Part shown: piece after piece, positions 8,661-20,699 of the stretch
Layout of the letters: each line of letters starts with the position of its first letter
How positions within the stretch are numbered: the stretch's first letter is position 1
DNA from: Bdellovibrionia bacterium
Lineage (GTDB): Bacteria; Bdellovibrionota; Bdellovibrionia; Bdellovibrionales; JAUICD01
Assembly (NCBI GenBank): GCA_030427965.1
Contig: JAUICD010000006.1
Coordinates: 6,769-70,768 of the forward strand
DNA length: 64,000 nucleotides
Direction: 5' to 3'
Made by a program: the position numbers and the translations under genes
Notes under the pieces: model-generated
Seen by the model: only the letters and a program-made list of their open reading frames with translations
What the model was told of the DNA's origin: nothing
Databases searched by the model: none

Positions 8661-9222
8661 AGCCTTTCAAGAGTGCGGGGCAAGCGTTACAGTTTCTGAT
8701 CAAGTTTCTGCTATAGAGAATTGTGACAAGCTGGTGCTACCTGGCGTGGGAGCTTTTCCTGATGGGATGGCAAACTTAAAAGAACTCTTCTTTGTAGAGA
8801 AACTCAGGGAGACAGCGTCACTTGGAAAGAAACCGATTCTAGGAATATGTTTGGGTATGCAGTTGTTGTTTTCAGGAAGTGAGGAAGTCACGCCAACTGA
8901 TGGGTTGGGTTTACTGGAGGGGCAAGTTCTTTCGATGAAAAACATTGCTCCAGACCTAAGAAATCCCCATATTGGTTGGAACGAAGTTCATACTGTTGGT
9001 GGTAACCCATTGTTGAAAAACATTGAGTCTGGAACGGATTTCTATTTTGTACATAGCTTTTATTGCAACCCAAGTACAGAGTCAGAAGTTGTAGGCAAAA
9101 CGACTTATGGTAAAGAATACTGTTCGGTGGTGAATTCCGGGAATATTTGGGCGACACAGTTTCACCCAGAAAAAAGTTCAAAACCTGGTTTTCAAATCAT
9201 TAAGAACTTTTTGGCAATTTAG
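8608..9222 (+). CDS. glutamine amidotransferase subunit, HisH-like (glycan-locus paralogue)
   Basis: 204 aa. Starts MSVLIIDSGLSNLKSV. Catalytic GICLGMQLL and the C-terminal FHPEKS motif are present. Overlaps the preceding ORF by 53 nt. Confidence 0.85.
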   Translation: MSVLIIDSGLSNLKSVYRAFQECGASVTVSDQVSAIENCDKLVLPGVGAFPDGMANLKELFFVEKLRETASLGKKPILGICLGMQLLFSGSEEVTPTDGLGLLEGQVLSMKNIAPDLRNPHIGWNEVHTVGGNPLLKNIESGTDFYFVHSFYCNPSTESEVVGKTTYGKEYCSVVNSGNIWATQFHPEKSSKPGFQIIKNFLAI

Positions 9223-10002
9223 ATGCTAAAGGTTCGAATCATCCCAACATTATTATGGAAAGACTTAGGGCTTGTAAAAGGCAAATCTTTTGATAGTTGG
9301 AGGCGTGTGGGTACGGTTTTACCGGCAGTAAAGGTGTATTGTGCAAGACAGGTAGATGAGTTAATTCTTGTGGACATCACTGCAAGCAATATAGGAGAAG
9401 GGCCGAAATTTGATGAGATTTCAGAAATGAGCCAAGAATGTTTTGTCCCTCTCACTGTTGGGGGCGGGGTCAAAAGCGTGGAGGATGTTGAAAACTTACT
9501 TCGTGCGGGTGCGGATAAGGTTGCGATAAATTCTGCCTCTTATTCCAATAGGGAATTGATCTCCAGTGCTGCAAAAAAGTTTGGATCTCAGTGTGTTGTT
9601 GCTAGCATTGACTTTAAAACGATCGACGGTAAGCCAGTTTGTTTTAGTCACAGCGGAAAGAGGATTGAAGAGGTAAGTCCTGTCGAGTGGGCAAGGACTG
9701 TGGAAGCTCAGGGTGCTGGTGAGATTTTGCTAACCTCAATTGAGCGCGATGGGACGATGGTTGGTTATGATATAGAAACGACCCAATCGGTGACATCTAG
9801 TGTGGGAATTCCTGTTATTATCTCTGGTGGTGCGGGAAATTTTGAACACATGTACGAAGGAATCTCTAAAGGTGGTGCGGACGCGGTTGCTGCAGCTTCG
9901 ATATTTCACTTTACAGAACAAACACCACTTGAGTCCAAAAAGTATTTGGCAGAAAAAGGTGTGCCGGTACGAAACTGCAATGCTTTTGGAATCTCAAAGT
10001 GA
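9223..10002 (+). CDS. imidazole-glycerol-phosphate-synthase cyclase subunit-like protein, HisF-like (glycan-locus paralogue)
   Basis: 259 aa. HisF-type (beta/alpha)8 signatures RIIPTLL, PLTVGGGV, ADKVAINSA, ISGGAG and AAASIFHF. The ATG directly abuts the hisH-like stop codon. Confidence 0.85.
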   Translation: MLKVRIIPTLLWKDLGLVKGKSFDSWRRVGTVLPAVKVYCARQVDELILVDITASNIGEGPKFDEISEMSQECFVPLTVGGGVKSVEDVENLLRAGADKVAINSASYSNRELISSAAKKFGSQCVVASIDFKTIDGKPVCFSHSGKRIEEVSPVEWARTVEAQGAGEILLTSIERDGTMVGYDIETTQSVTSSVGIPVIISGGAGNFEHMYEGISKGGADAVAAASIFHFTEQTPLESKKYLAEKGVPVRNCNAFGISK

Positions 10003-11384
10003 AAAGTAAACCGTCTGAAGAAAACTTTATTGAAGTTATAGAGCAGTTTGAGAAATCTATTGGCCAAACTGAAATCAAATATAGAGGTTTTGGGATCTGG
10101 TCGTTATTAAAACCTATTCTTACTAGAAGTATTCTCAGTCAGGCACACCAAAACTTAAATTTGAACCATCAAACAAAAGTAAGGAAATGGATGGTTGGAA
10201 GTAAATTTTTTGGGCTTTGGAATCTCTTTGGAAGATATGAGTATATATTTCTTACAAGCTCCAGGTCAAAAGTCAGGATTGAAGGAAAATATGTAGATCA
10301 ACATTGTGACCCGATTGCAAGAGAGTTAGGCGATAAGTGTTTGACGGTTGAGCGTCCCTATCCATTTCATTATCCGCGTTCCTCTTGTGAAAACAAAAAT
10401 GTTGTAACGATATCATTTGTTTCAATTCTTATGAAAATCTTTGGTTTTTTGTATCGAAAGCCCGTCAGTTTTGAAGGTCAAAGTGACCTATTGAAAGTGA
10501 TCAAAGAGTTTGATCTGAATGTTGATATTGCGAAGGAGTTTAGAGGGCTTTTTCTAGAATACCTAGCATATCGAACATTCTTTAAAATCTATCGCCCAAA
10601 GGAGATTTTTTTGGTTCTAAGAGGTTACTCTTTTTCTCCAGTATGGGCTGCGCATTCTTTGGGCATCAAGGTCAATGAGATTTCACATGGATTGCTTTAT
10701 CCAGAGCACCCATCTTACAACTCTATTTGTAAAATTGATCGACAAATGATTCCAGATCGTTACTGGAGTGTGGGGGGGACGGCGAAAGTTATAGAAAGCA
10801 CTAGGTCTTATTATAGCCCTGAAAGTCTTATTTCAATAAACTCCTTTTATATGGACTATCTTCAAAAGAAAGGAATTGCGAAAGAGTTTCAGAGGTACCG
10901 CCAAGGTTTTGAAAAGACTGTCGTGGTAACTTTACAGAACTCGAATGAAGAGTTGCTTCTTCCAGTCATTCGAGAGGCTGCTAAAAGGCTGCCTAATGTT
11001 TTGTTTGTTCTGGGTATTCGCTCATCAAAGCCAAGTTATGATGAGCTGGGTTTTACAAAAAATGTAGTCCGCTCGGATGTCGTGTTTTCAAGCCTGAATA
11101 TCTATGAAATGCTTGTGTCGTCTGACCTGCATATTACGATAAGTTCAACTTGTTCGATTGAGGCAACCTACCTTCAGAGACCTACAATTTTATTGAACTT
11201 AAAAGATCTTTCAGATCCGATTATAAAGAACTTCTATAGCGACTCATTGATGTGCGTAGCTCAATCTGTAGATGACGTGATTTCCCAGATCCGGTCGCTA
11301 TCAAACGAAGCCAATGTGAAGACTGATAGAGTGTCCGGAAAAGATCAAATTCAAAACGCCATTCGTGAAGTCGGTTTAGCTTAG
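9999..11384 (+). CDS. hypothetical protein, possibly a GT-B-like transferase
   Basis: 461-aa ORF, last gene of the wbpG-hisH-hisF operon (GTGA overlap). The C-terminal pattern VVVTLQNS...SDLHITISSTCSIEATYLQRPTILLN resembles the donor-binding half of GT-B enzymes. No confident family assignment. Confidence 0.3.
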   Translation: MKSKPSEENFIEVIEQFEKSIGQTEIKYRGFGIWSLLKPILTRSILSQAHQNLNLNHQTKVRKWMVGSKFFGLWNLFGRYEYIFLTSSRSKVRIEGKYVDQHCDPIARELGDKCLTVERPYPFHYPRSSCENKNVVTISFVSILMKIFGFLYRKPVSFEGQSDLLKVIKEFDLNVDIAKEFRGLFLEYLAYRTFFKIYRPKEIFLVLRGYSFSPVWAAHSLGIKVNEISHGLLYPEHPSYNSICKIDRQMIPDRYWSVGGTAKVIESTRSYYSPESLISINSFYMDYLQKKGIAKEFQRYRQGFEKTVVVTLQNSNEELLLPVIREAAKRLPNVLFVLGIRSSKPSYDELGFTKNVVRSDVVFSSLNIYEMLVSSDLHITISSTCSIEATYLQRPTILLNLKDLSDPIIKNFYSDSLMCVAQSVDDVISQIRSLSNEANVKTDRVSGKDQIQNAIREVGLA

Positions 11385-12434
11385 GATTTCCCAGCTCAGT
11401 GGTGTGCCCTTTTTAATGTTTTGGCGAACTTTTCTTCCTATAATATTTGATTTTTCTTTAACTGGAAGGCCGTAGCCTGGACGGATAGAGCGGATATTTT
11501 CTTCAGATATAGTGTCACCCTCGTTTAGATCTTTGCTTACAAAAAGCGTTCTACGGAATTGTTTGGACTTTTCCTCTTGTCGGCTCGAAATACCGTAGTT
11601 GACACGACCTAGGCTTTGCCAGGCTCGTTCCGTCTCAATAACCAAGGAGCCTAACTCCTGAGGCTCCAGAGAAAACGCAGAATCCACTCCGCCGTCTTCT
11701 CTATTGAGGGTAAAATGTTTTTCAATTAATGATGCTCCAAGTGCGACGCTTGCAACAGAGACTCCTATTCCCATAGTGTGATCTGAGAGCCCAACTTCAC
11801 ACTGGAAAAGGTCTTTCATGTGAGGAATTGTTAAAACATTACAAGACTCAGGGGATGCGGGGTAGGTGCTTGTGCATTTGAGTAAAACTAAGTTTTGACA
11901 TCCGTTTTTACGTGCCACATTTACGGCATCATAAATTTCAGAGACATTTGCCATACCCGTTGAAATAATTACGGGTTTCCCTGTTTGAGAAACCGAAGCT
12001 ATAAGATCGACATCAGTATTTTCAAATGAAGCGATTTTATATGCTGGGCAATTGAGTTTTTCTAAAAACTCAATTGCACTCAGGTCAAACGGTGCGCTAA
12101 AGCAAGTAATGCCAAGGTTATTGCAGATTTCAAAGATTTCTTTGTGCCACTCCCACGGAGTGTGTGCCTCATCATAAAGCTCATAAAGGTATCTTCCGTT
12201 CCAGAGACTCTTTGGGTCAGTGATTTGAAAGTGAGGGTCTTTTGAATCAAGTGTCATGGTATCAGCAGTATAAGTTTGAAGTTTAACTGCATGAGCACCT
12301 GCTTCATGAGCTGCATGGATCAATTGGATTGCGCGATCTAAAGACTTGTTGTGGTTTCCCGAGAGCTCTGCAACGACAAATGGGCGGTGTTCTTTTCCAA
12401 TGGATTGATTGCCAATTTTAAATGTTTCGTTCAT
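11376..12434 (-). CDS. pseI: pseudaminic acid synthase (NeuB family with C-terminal SAF domain)
   Basis: 352 aa. FVVAELSGNHNKSLDRAIQLIHAAHEAGAHAVKLQTYTADTMTLDS...LYDEAHTPWEWH...YKIASFE...GLSDHT...EKHFTL...IRSIRPGYGL closely matches the PseI/NeuB pattern. The Pse assignment rests on pseBCFG being in the same locus. Confidence 0.8.
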   Translation of the reverse strand: MNETFKIGNQSIGKEHRPFVVAELSGNHNKSLDRAIQLIHAAHEAGAHAVKLQTYTADTMTLDSKDPHFQITDPKSLWNGRYLYELYDEAHTPWEWHKEIFEICNNLGITCFSAPFDLSAIEFLEKLNCPAYKIASFENTDVDLIASVSQTGKPVIISTGMANVSEIYDAVNVARKNGCQNLVLLKCTSTYPASPESCNVLTIPHMKDLFQCEVGLSDHTMGIGVSVASVALGASLIEKHFTLNREDGGVDSAFSLEPQELGSLVIETERAWQSLGRVNYGISSRQEEKSKQFRRTLFVSKDLNEGDTISEENIRSIRPGYGLPVKEKSNIIGRKVRQNIKKGTPLSWEILS

Positions 12435-14181
12435 TTTTTTCCCACTTTTCTCTGAGTATGTTCAAGGTCCAAAGCCCCATAATTTCAAGGTAATAGTGTT
12501 TGTAAATGTTTGACTTCAAAACGCCCTTAAATCCAAACTCATTTTTCATTTCCGAGATGTCTTCAAGTTTCCCGGGTTCGAAAAGATTGTAAAACCCAAT
12601 ATAATCAACATTTGGATGGTTTTGGATTTTCTTTCGTCGTTCAATAAGATCGAGAAGTTTAGGTGGAACAGCTCTTCGTAGGTAGAATTTGAGAAGAGAC
12701 TTGTACTTTAGTTTTTTTGAAGTCATGTGATAATTGGCATCTAGAGTTCTGCCAGCAGCTATTGGGATCTGAAGAAGCTCAGGATGAGTGTTTGGATAGA
12801 TTTTTTTGACAACAAAGGTACGAAATAGGTTCCGATGTATTCTGTGCTTCAACGGAAGGGTATAGAAAAACTCTACCAACTCTCGGTCGGTAAATGGGAG
12901 TGTAACTTGAAAACCAAATTCCCGATACATTTCAATCCCGTTTAAGACAACGGCAGTGATTTTATTTTTCCAACGAAATGTTTCATCTCGATTGAGGCGG
13001 TTTTTGCCTTTGACTTGCAAATTGAGCAAAGCTCTTGCTTCCTCTTTAAAACCAAATTTATGAGAGTAAAATTTTTCAAAGGTGATGGAATTGTTTGTTT
13101 TCAAGTACTCTGGAATTGTAAGACCAGCTAAATTGTCCATTAAGTGGCCTGGAATAATGATCCCACCCTTGCTGTGGCGATTTGAAATTTCTTGGATTGC
13201 AAAGTAATCCACAAAATAGGGCAGTGCCTTTTCGGGATTGAAATCAAAGATTTTAGACTTTATAAGCTCTCGATTTTTCTTCCACAAATTTGGGGGATAT
13301 TCAAAGAACTCCCATTTAAGATCTAATTTTTTCGCTACGATTTTACTAATTTGGGCTTCCTCACTCTTGATGTCCTTGCCATATGTGTAGGAGTGGATGC
13401 GTTTTCTAAATCCTCTGCTGACAAGTTCGCTAGCAAGAAGGCGTGAATCCATCCCACCACTGAGTGGAAGAAATATTGGCAAATTTGGGAACGAGTTAAG
13501 GTAATTTTCAAGGCGTATCAATGTGCGTTTGTAAATTTCTCCGAGTTCTTGAATGAGAATTTCTTTAGAGCGTAAGTCTTTTTCACTATACGTCGGGAGT
13601 GTCCAATATGTCTTGGGTACTATAGAGCCATTTTTGAGAAATCGTAGATATTCACCTGCTCCGAGGTCTTTTACGGATTTAAAAAGAGTAGAGCCGGAGA
13701 GTGTACATCCGGTTCGGAAATAAAATTGTGCTTGGGTTTGGTCAATTTTTGGTGATTCAATTTTTTCTACCAAAGAACTGGCTTTATCAGACACCCAAGT
13801 TTTATCACCAATAGTTGTATAAAATATTGGGTAGGTTCGACATGGGTCAGAAACCAAAACTGTTTGTTCTGATGTCTCAAAAATAATTGACCAATTTCCG
13901 TTCAATTGAGCTAGGCACTCATCCAATTCGACTTGCGTGGGTGCTTTGAAAATTTCAAATATATAATCCAATGCTTGGGAGTCCCCTAAGAGGAGGTTTT
14001 CAGCTGTGTAGAAATATCCTCTGAAATGGACTCTTTGATTTGCCTGCTCACCTGAGGTCCAATCCGAATTCAAGAGCAGTTGAGCTGGGCCGAAACCATC
14101 AAGATTGCTGCTATGTGCCATAGAGCGATCTCTGTGAGATTGCTTTGTCTGAATTTGGGTGGTTTGTTGATGGTTATCCAT
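12418..14181 (-). CDS. asparagine-synthetase-like amidotransferase/ATP-pyrophosphatase (no N-terminal Cys nucleophile)
   Basis: 587 aa. PP-loop PLSGGMDSRLLASE sits mid-protein, and an AsnB-like N-terminal domain is present. The N-terminus (MDNHQQ... or MAHSSN... from ATG 14121) lacks the Met-Cys start of class II glutaminases. Confidence 0.65.
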   Translation of the reverse strand: MDNHQQTTQIQTKQSHRDRSMAHSSNLDGFGPAQLLLNSDWTSGEQANQRVHFRGYFYTAENLLLGDSQALDYIFEIFKAPTQVELDECLAQLNGNWSIIFETSEQTVLVSDPCRTYPIFYTTIGDKTWVSDKASSLVEKIESPKIDQTQAQFYFRTGCTLSGSTLFKSVKDLGAGEYLRFLKNGSIVPKTYWTLPTYSEKDLRSKEILIQELGEIYKRTLIRLENYLNSFPNLPIFLPLSGGMDSRLLASELVSRGFRKRIHSYTYGKDIKSEEAQISKIVAKKLDLKWEFFEYPPNLWKKNRELIKSKIFDFNPEKALPYFVDYFAIQEISNRHSKGGIIIPGHLMDNLAGLTIPEYLKTNNSITFEKFYSHKFGFKEEARALLNLQVKGKNRLNRDETFRWKNKITAVVLNGIEMYREFGFQVTLPFTDRELVEFFYTLPLKHRIHRNLFRTFVVKKIYPNTHPELLQIPIAAGRTLDANYHMTSKKLKYKSLLKFYLRRAVPPKLLDLIERRKKIQNHPNVDYIGFYNLFEPGKLEDISEMKNEFGFKGVLKSNIYKHYYLEIMGLWTLNILREKWEKNERNI

Positions 14182-15218
14182 GGAATGCCATAATGATAAA
14201 AATTGTTCGTGATTACAACACTCTTACTGAATTTCATCCTCATGTCCCGATTTTGGGAGAACCAGGGTTTTTGAAGTCTGTTGCAGGTTCTGAGGAATTT
14301 GGCTGGGCTGTGAATGACAAATTCGCCTTACCCTTTTATTTTAAAAGGGATTTCCCGGCGAGCCCTTTTCGTATCCCGAAAATCAGAAAAATCGCGTTTG
14401 CAACGCACTGTATTGAAAGGTCTACGACTTCTCCCGAGGAGGAACAAGAGTTTCTTGATGGCGTTATCGCGCACTTTTCAAACGAGAACGTTGATATGAC
14501 GTCGGTGTCCCCCTTTCGAATGGATCTCTATCGAGCTGCACCTCGGGGGGCGAAGGTTACGGAATTTGGTACTTACCGTGTAGATCTAAAGCCGTCTGAA
14601 GAAGAGATTTTTAAAAACATTCAAAAGCGAACACGGCAAGATATTCGTCGTGCGGAAAAAGATGGGTACTATGTGGAGGAGGGCTCCCACCTTTTGGAAT
14701 GTTGTGAGCGCCTGACTGTTGAAACAAAAGAAAGACAGGGAATTCGTGTTCGAGGTGGTTATCTTGGGACCTTTAAACGTCTTCAGGAAAGTTTGGATGA
14801 AAACTTTTCGATTATGGTTGTATTTGCACCCGACGGAACACCAGACACAGCTGTTGCGATTGCTTGGAAGAAGGGGTTAAGAGCATACAGTTTGTATGGC
14901 GGTGCAAAAGAAGGCGCTTCCCGTAACGCAGGAAAGCTTTTGTATGCCGAAGCATTTAAAAAGATGAAGCAGTATGGGGTGAGTGAATTTGATTTTGTCG
15001 GGGCTAGATTGAATGTTTCAAAAGATTCAAAATTTTATGGGATACAAACCTTTAAATCCAGAATGGGTTCTGAGTTACATCGTGGTTTGATTTGGAAATA
15101 CATTTACTCAAAAGAAAGAGAGACCTTGTCCAACTCTATTCGTAAAACGTCATTTTTCCTAAGAGGAAAGAAGTATATTGGTGACATTGTTGACCAAGAG
15201 CAAAATGCGAATCAATAA
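14145..15218 (+). CDS. FemAB-like / GNAT-fold acyl- or aminoacyl-transferase
   Basis: 357-aa ORF (TTG 14145; ATG 14193 is more likely because it avoids overlapping the divergent gene). The pattern KRTRQDIRRAEKDG...AYSLYGGA...NAGKLLYAEAFKKMKQYGVSEFDFVG resembles FemAB/BioF2-like acetyltransferase domains. By-eye call only. Confidence 0.45.
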   Translation: MSEFGWFVDGYPWNAIMIKIVRDYNTLTEFHPHVPILGEPGFLKSVAGSEEFGWAVNDKFALPFYFKRDFPASPFRIPKIRKIAFATHCIERSTTSPEEEQEFLDGVIAHFSNENVDMTSVSPFRMDLYRAAPRGAKVTEFGTYRVDLKPSEEEIFKNIQKRTRQDIRRAEKDGYYVEEGSHLLECCERLTVETKERQGIRVRGGYLGTFKRLQESLDENFSIMVVFAPDGTPDTAVAIAWKKGLRAYSLYGGAKEGASRNAGKLLYAEAFKKMKQYGVSEFDFVGARLNVSKDSKFYGIQTFKSRMGSELHRGLIWKYIYSKERETLSNSIRKTSFFLRGKKYIGDIVDQEQNANQ

Positions 15219-16287
15219 GTTTAAACCTCCTCAGTACTCCAAAGATTCTTTTGATCAAAAAGATCTCTCTGATCTACTTGGAAAAAACATTCAATATGCC
15301 TCTAAAGGACGGTGGGCTTTTCATCATATTTTGAAGGCAGAAAAAATTAGAGGCGATGTCGCGATTCCAGCTTATATTTGTGACAAGGTTTTATCGAGTT
15401 TTTCAGATACAAACGCCAAACCTGTTTTTTTTGATGTTGATCCGAGGGACTTGAACCCTTCTTTTGAGGACTTTGTGAAACTGGCAGAGAGTCGTCGCAT
15501 TGAAGCTGTTTTGGTTGCTAGCTTGTATGGCTTTCCAGCAGAACTGGATCGATTTGAAAAGTATTGCATGGAAAACTCAATCTTGATGATAGATGATGCT
15601 GCTCAGAGTTTTGGTGCGAAATTAAATGGTCGCTACGTTGGTAGCTTTGGAGGCAGTGGTTTTCTTTCGTTTTCCCCAGGTAAATCTACTGCGGGTCCGA
15701 TGGGAAGTTTCTTTTGGACAGGTAAAGAGTATAGCTTTGCTCGTTCGGAAAACACTCTTTTTCATTTAGTGAGTTATCTGGATTTTTATATCAATCGTTT
15801 AAAAGTAGATACCTTTAAAAGAATGAAGATGGGTGCATTGATTCCAATAGCTCAGAAATTCGTTTTTGATAAATTTCTTAAGACAGATATTCGAAATGAC
15901 GAGATTCCAAATTTTGAAAGAAAAATTTTAGAAGCAATAGTATTTGATATTTTGAATGGGAAATTTGATTTTAGAAAAAAATACTTTACCTTGTTAACCA
16001 GTTCCCTAGATAGACATGCATGTCTTGAGCCAGTTCGTTCGCTGCGAGGTGAGGACTATCCTCATAAATTGGTTGTTAGATGTAAAAACGCTGACGTTGC
16101 AGTGGCTCTAAGATCTTATCTTATGAAAGCGGACATTTATTCTGGATTTGGGTATCCGCTGTTGATGCCAGAGCATATTGATTTTGAGGGCCTTTCGACT
16201 GTGAGTGGAAGAATAGTCGAAATCCCAATTGAAAATGATGAAAAAAAGATGGAGTATCTGCAGTCGACTTTGAATCAGTTCTCATAA
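15205..16287 (+). CDS. DegT/DnrJ/EryC1-like PLP-dependent sugar aminotransferase (divergent)
   Basis: Core motifs IPAYICDKV, FFDVDPRDLNP and MIDDAAQSFGAKLNGRYVGSFG..SFSPGKS (candidate PLP lysine). The track start 15178 is a non-ATG extension. ATG 15205 overlaps the upstream gene by 14 nt. Confidence 0.55.
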   Translation: MRINKFKPPQYSKDSFDQKDLSDLLGKNIQYASKGRWAFHHILKAEKIRGDVAIPAYICDKVLSSFSDTNAKPVFFDVDPRDLNPSFEDFVKLAESRRIEAVLVASLYGFPAELDRFEKYCMENSILMIDDAAQSFGAKLNGRYVGSFGGSGFLSFSPGKSTAGPMGSFFWTGKEYSFARSENTLFHLVSYLDFYINRLKVDTFKRMKMGALIPIAQKFVFDKFLKTDIRNDEIPNFERKILEAIVFDILNGKFDFRKKYFTLLTSSLDRHACLEPVRSLRGEDYPHKLVVRCKNADVAVALRSYLMKADIYSGFGYPLLMPEHIDFEGLSTVSGRIVEIPIENDEKKMEYLQSTLNQFS

Positions 16288-16301
16288 AAGGGAGAGTCCA
16301 G

Positions 16302-17117
16302 TTGTTTCAAGAGATAAAAAGCCTAACGAAAAGTGTAATTGGAGAAAAGGGGATTCAAACCGTAAGGGAGCTTAAGAAGTTTCCAGATTCCATCCTGAAT
16401 CTTTCTAAAATTGCAATTGGCCGATATGACGATCAAGTTTTAAAAAGTTGGCAAGAGCGAGGTAAGAAGACGCACCTATCTGAAGAGCAAATTGATGGAT
16501 ACGAAAAAATGCACTCAGAATGGAAGCCATTTATTGAAGAAATGATACAGGATATGCGCCGAGTGTTTGAGGGCCATTTGAAATCTGGAGATAAATTTTT
16601 GGACTATGCCTGTGGTACTGGTCGCTACATTGACCCGATTCGCAGCCTTGGTGACATTGAAGTTACAGGGTTGGATTTGAGCCCAAGTATTTTGGAGGAG
16701 TTCACTAAGAAAAAATATCCCGATGTTCGTTTTGAATGTATCGACCTCAGTGAGAAAAGTGTGCAGGTTGAGAGTTTTGTGGAAAGAAACAAGGGGCAGT
16801 TTTCAGGTGCGTGTATCAATTCGGCAATTCAATATATGAGATATGACCGTGTAAACTTGGTGTTGTCTCGAATTCATAAAGTACTAAAGCCAAATGCTCT
16901 GTTTTTTCTTCAATTTCCTACACCGTCGAATGTTTGGGATGTTTTCTCGGATATCAAGTATATTCGATACACTCCCAAGATGATTCAATCGAAATTGGAA
17001 CGCGTTGGATTTGAAATGTTAGATTCGTATTCAGTTCGTTATAGAACGACTTTTCAGTATTTTCGACCGAAAAAAGAGAATGACCAAGGTTATGTTATCG
17101 TCTCAAAAGCAAGATGA
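16302..17117 (+). CDS. class I SAM-dependent methyltransferase
   Basis: 271 aa. Motif I is FLDYACGTGRY, followed by VTGLDLS. TTG start preceded by GGGAGAG. Confidence 0.75.
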   Translation: MFQEIKSLTKSVIGEKGIQTVRELKKFPDSILNLSKIAIGRYDDQVLKSWQERGKKTHLSEEQIDGYEKMHSEWKPFIEEMIQDMRRVFEGHLKSGDKFLDYACGTGRYIDPIRSLGDIEVTGLDLSPSILEEFTKKKYPDVRFECIDLSEKSVQVESFVERNKGQFSGACINSAIQYMRYDRVNLVLSRIHKVLKPNALFFLQFPTPSNVWDVFSDIKYIRYTPKMIQSKLERVGFEMLDSYSVRYRTTFQYFRPKKENDQGYVIVSKAR

Positions 17118-18316
17118 ACTCTTCTATCTCGGATCTGTTGACTCGATGAGATCCGAGTATTTTTTAGCTAAGTTTTTAAATTCAAATTCTTCAATATCGT
17201 ACTGGAAGTTTCGTGTGAGGTTAGGCAGGTCATTCAAAAATGAATCCAAAGAAATTTTATTTAAATGAACGGAGTATCCTAAATCACGTCGTATGATGAG
17301 ATCTTCTATTTCGTGTCCGTAATTTAGGCTGAGGGTAGGAATATGAAGACCTGCATATTCGTAAATTTTTGTTGAGACAGCGTAGTCAAACTCGGGACTA
17401 TTGAGTTGCAGTGCATAGTCAGATTCTCCAAGCTTTTTTAGAGCCTCAGCTTTTTTTATTCTGGGGCACAGAGAGAGAGTTCCCGAGACCAATAAATTTT
17501 TAAAACCCTTTGAGATCTTCGACTTTACTCTATTGGGAATGTCTCCTATCAAAATAACACTGTATTTTGAATTTAAATTGGAGCTCTTATCAAGTGTTTC
17601 AAGTAAATTATAAAGAGGAATTTCTCTGCCATTTGTGATATTTCCCAAATGGGTGAGAACAATAGGTTGATTGTCTCTGGGGGGCTTGGGTTGAGATATC
17701 CCGATGTTAATTTCAAGCTTTGAAAAGCCATTTTCAATGACTTGGCCACCTTGAAAAGAGTGATTTTGTCTGTATTCTTCTAGAAGCATATTTGTAATTG
17801 CTACTACATTATCTGCGTTCTTAAGTGCGAACTGTTCTTTTTTTAGAGTGGATGTCACTTTTAATGGAGTGGGATTCACATAAGGGTTGCTTGACCAGCA
17901 ATCTCTCAAATCCTGAATCAGAGCGATACGATTCCCAAATTTTCTTTTTAATTTCGCTCCAATCAGGTTGGCAGAAAATGGGCCACCTGTAGCAATCACT
18001 GTGGATATTTTTTTTTCTTCGATAAGGCGGGAGGCATATGGAATTGCGGATAGACCCCACCACTGAGCTTCATCCTCAGGGTAGAGAGTGTGACTAAGTA
18101 ATTTCCGGAATACTTTTTTACTGAAGGCATTTATTTTAGAGGTCGAGGGGTTGCTCAAGTAGGAAGTGGGGTAAAAAGCAGGTATTTGATGTACTTGAAC
18201 GGAATAGTTGTCTTTCTCTACTTTTCCCCAATTGACTGTAATGACGTCGATTTCGTGACCAAGTTGTGAAAGTTCAAATGTGAGGTGCTTCCACCTGTTG
18301 GAGGCGACACCTGGAA

Positions 18317-20697
<2,381 letters not shown>

Positions 20698-20699
20698 AA

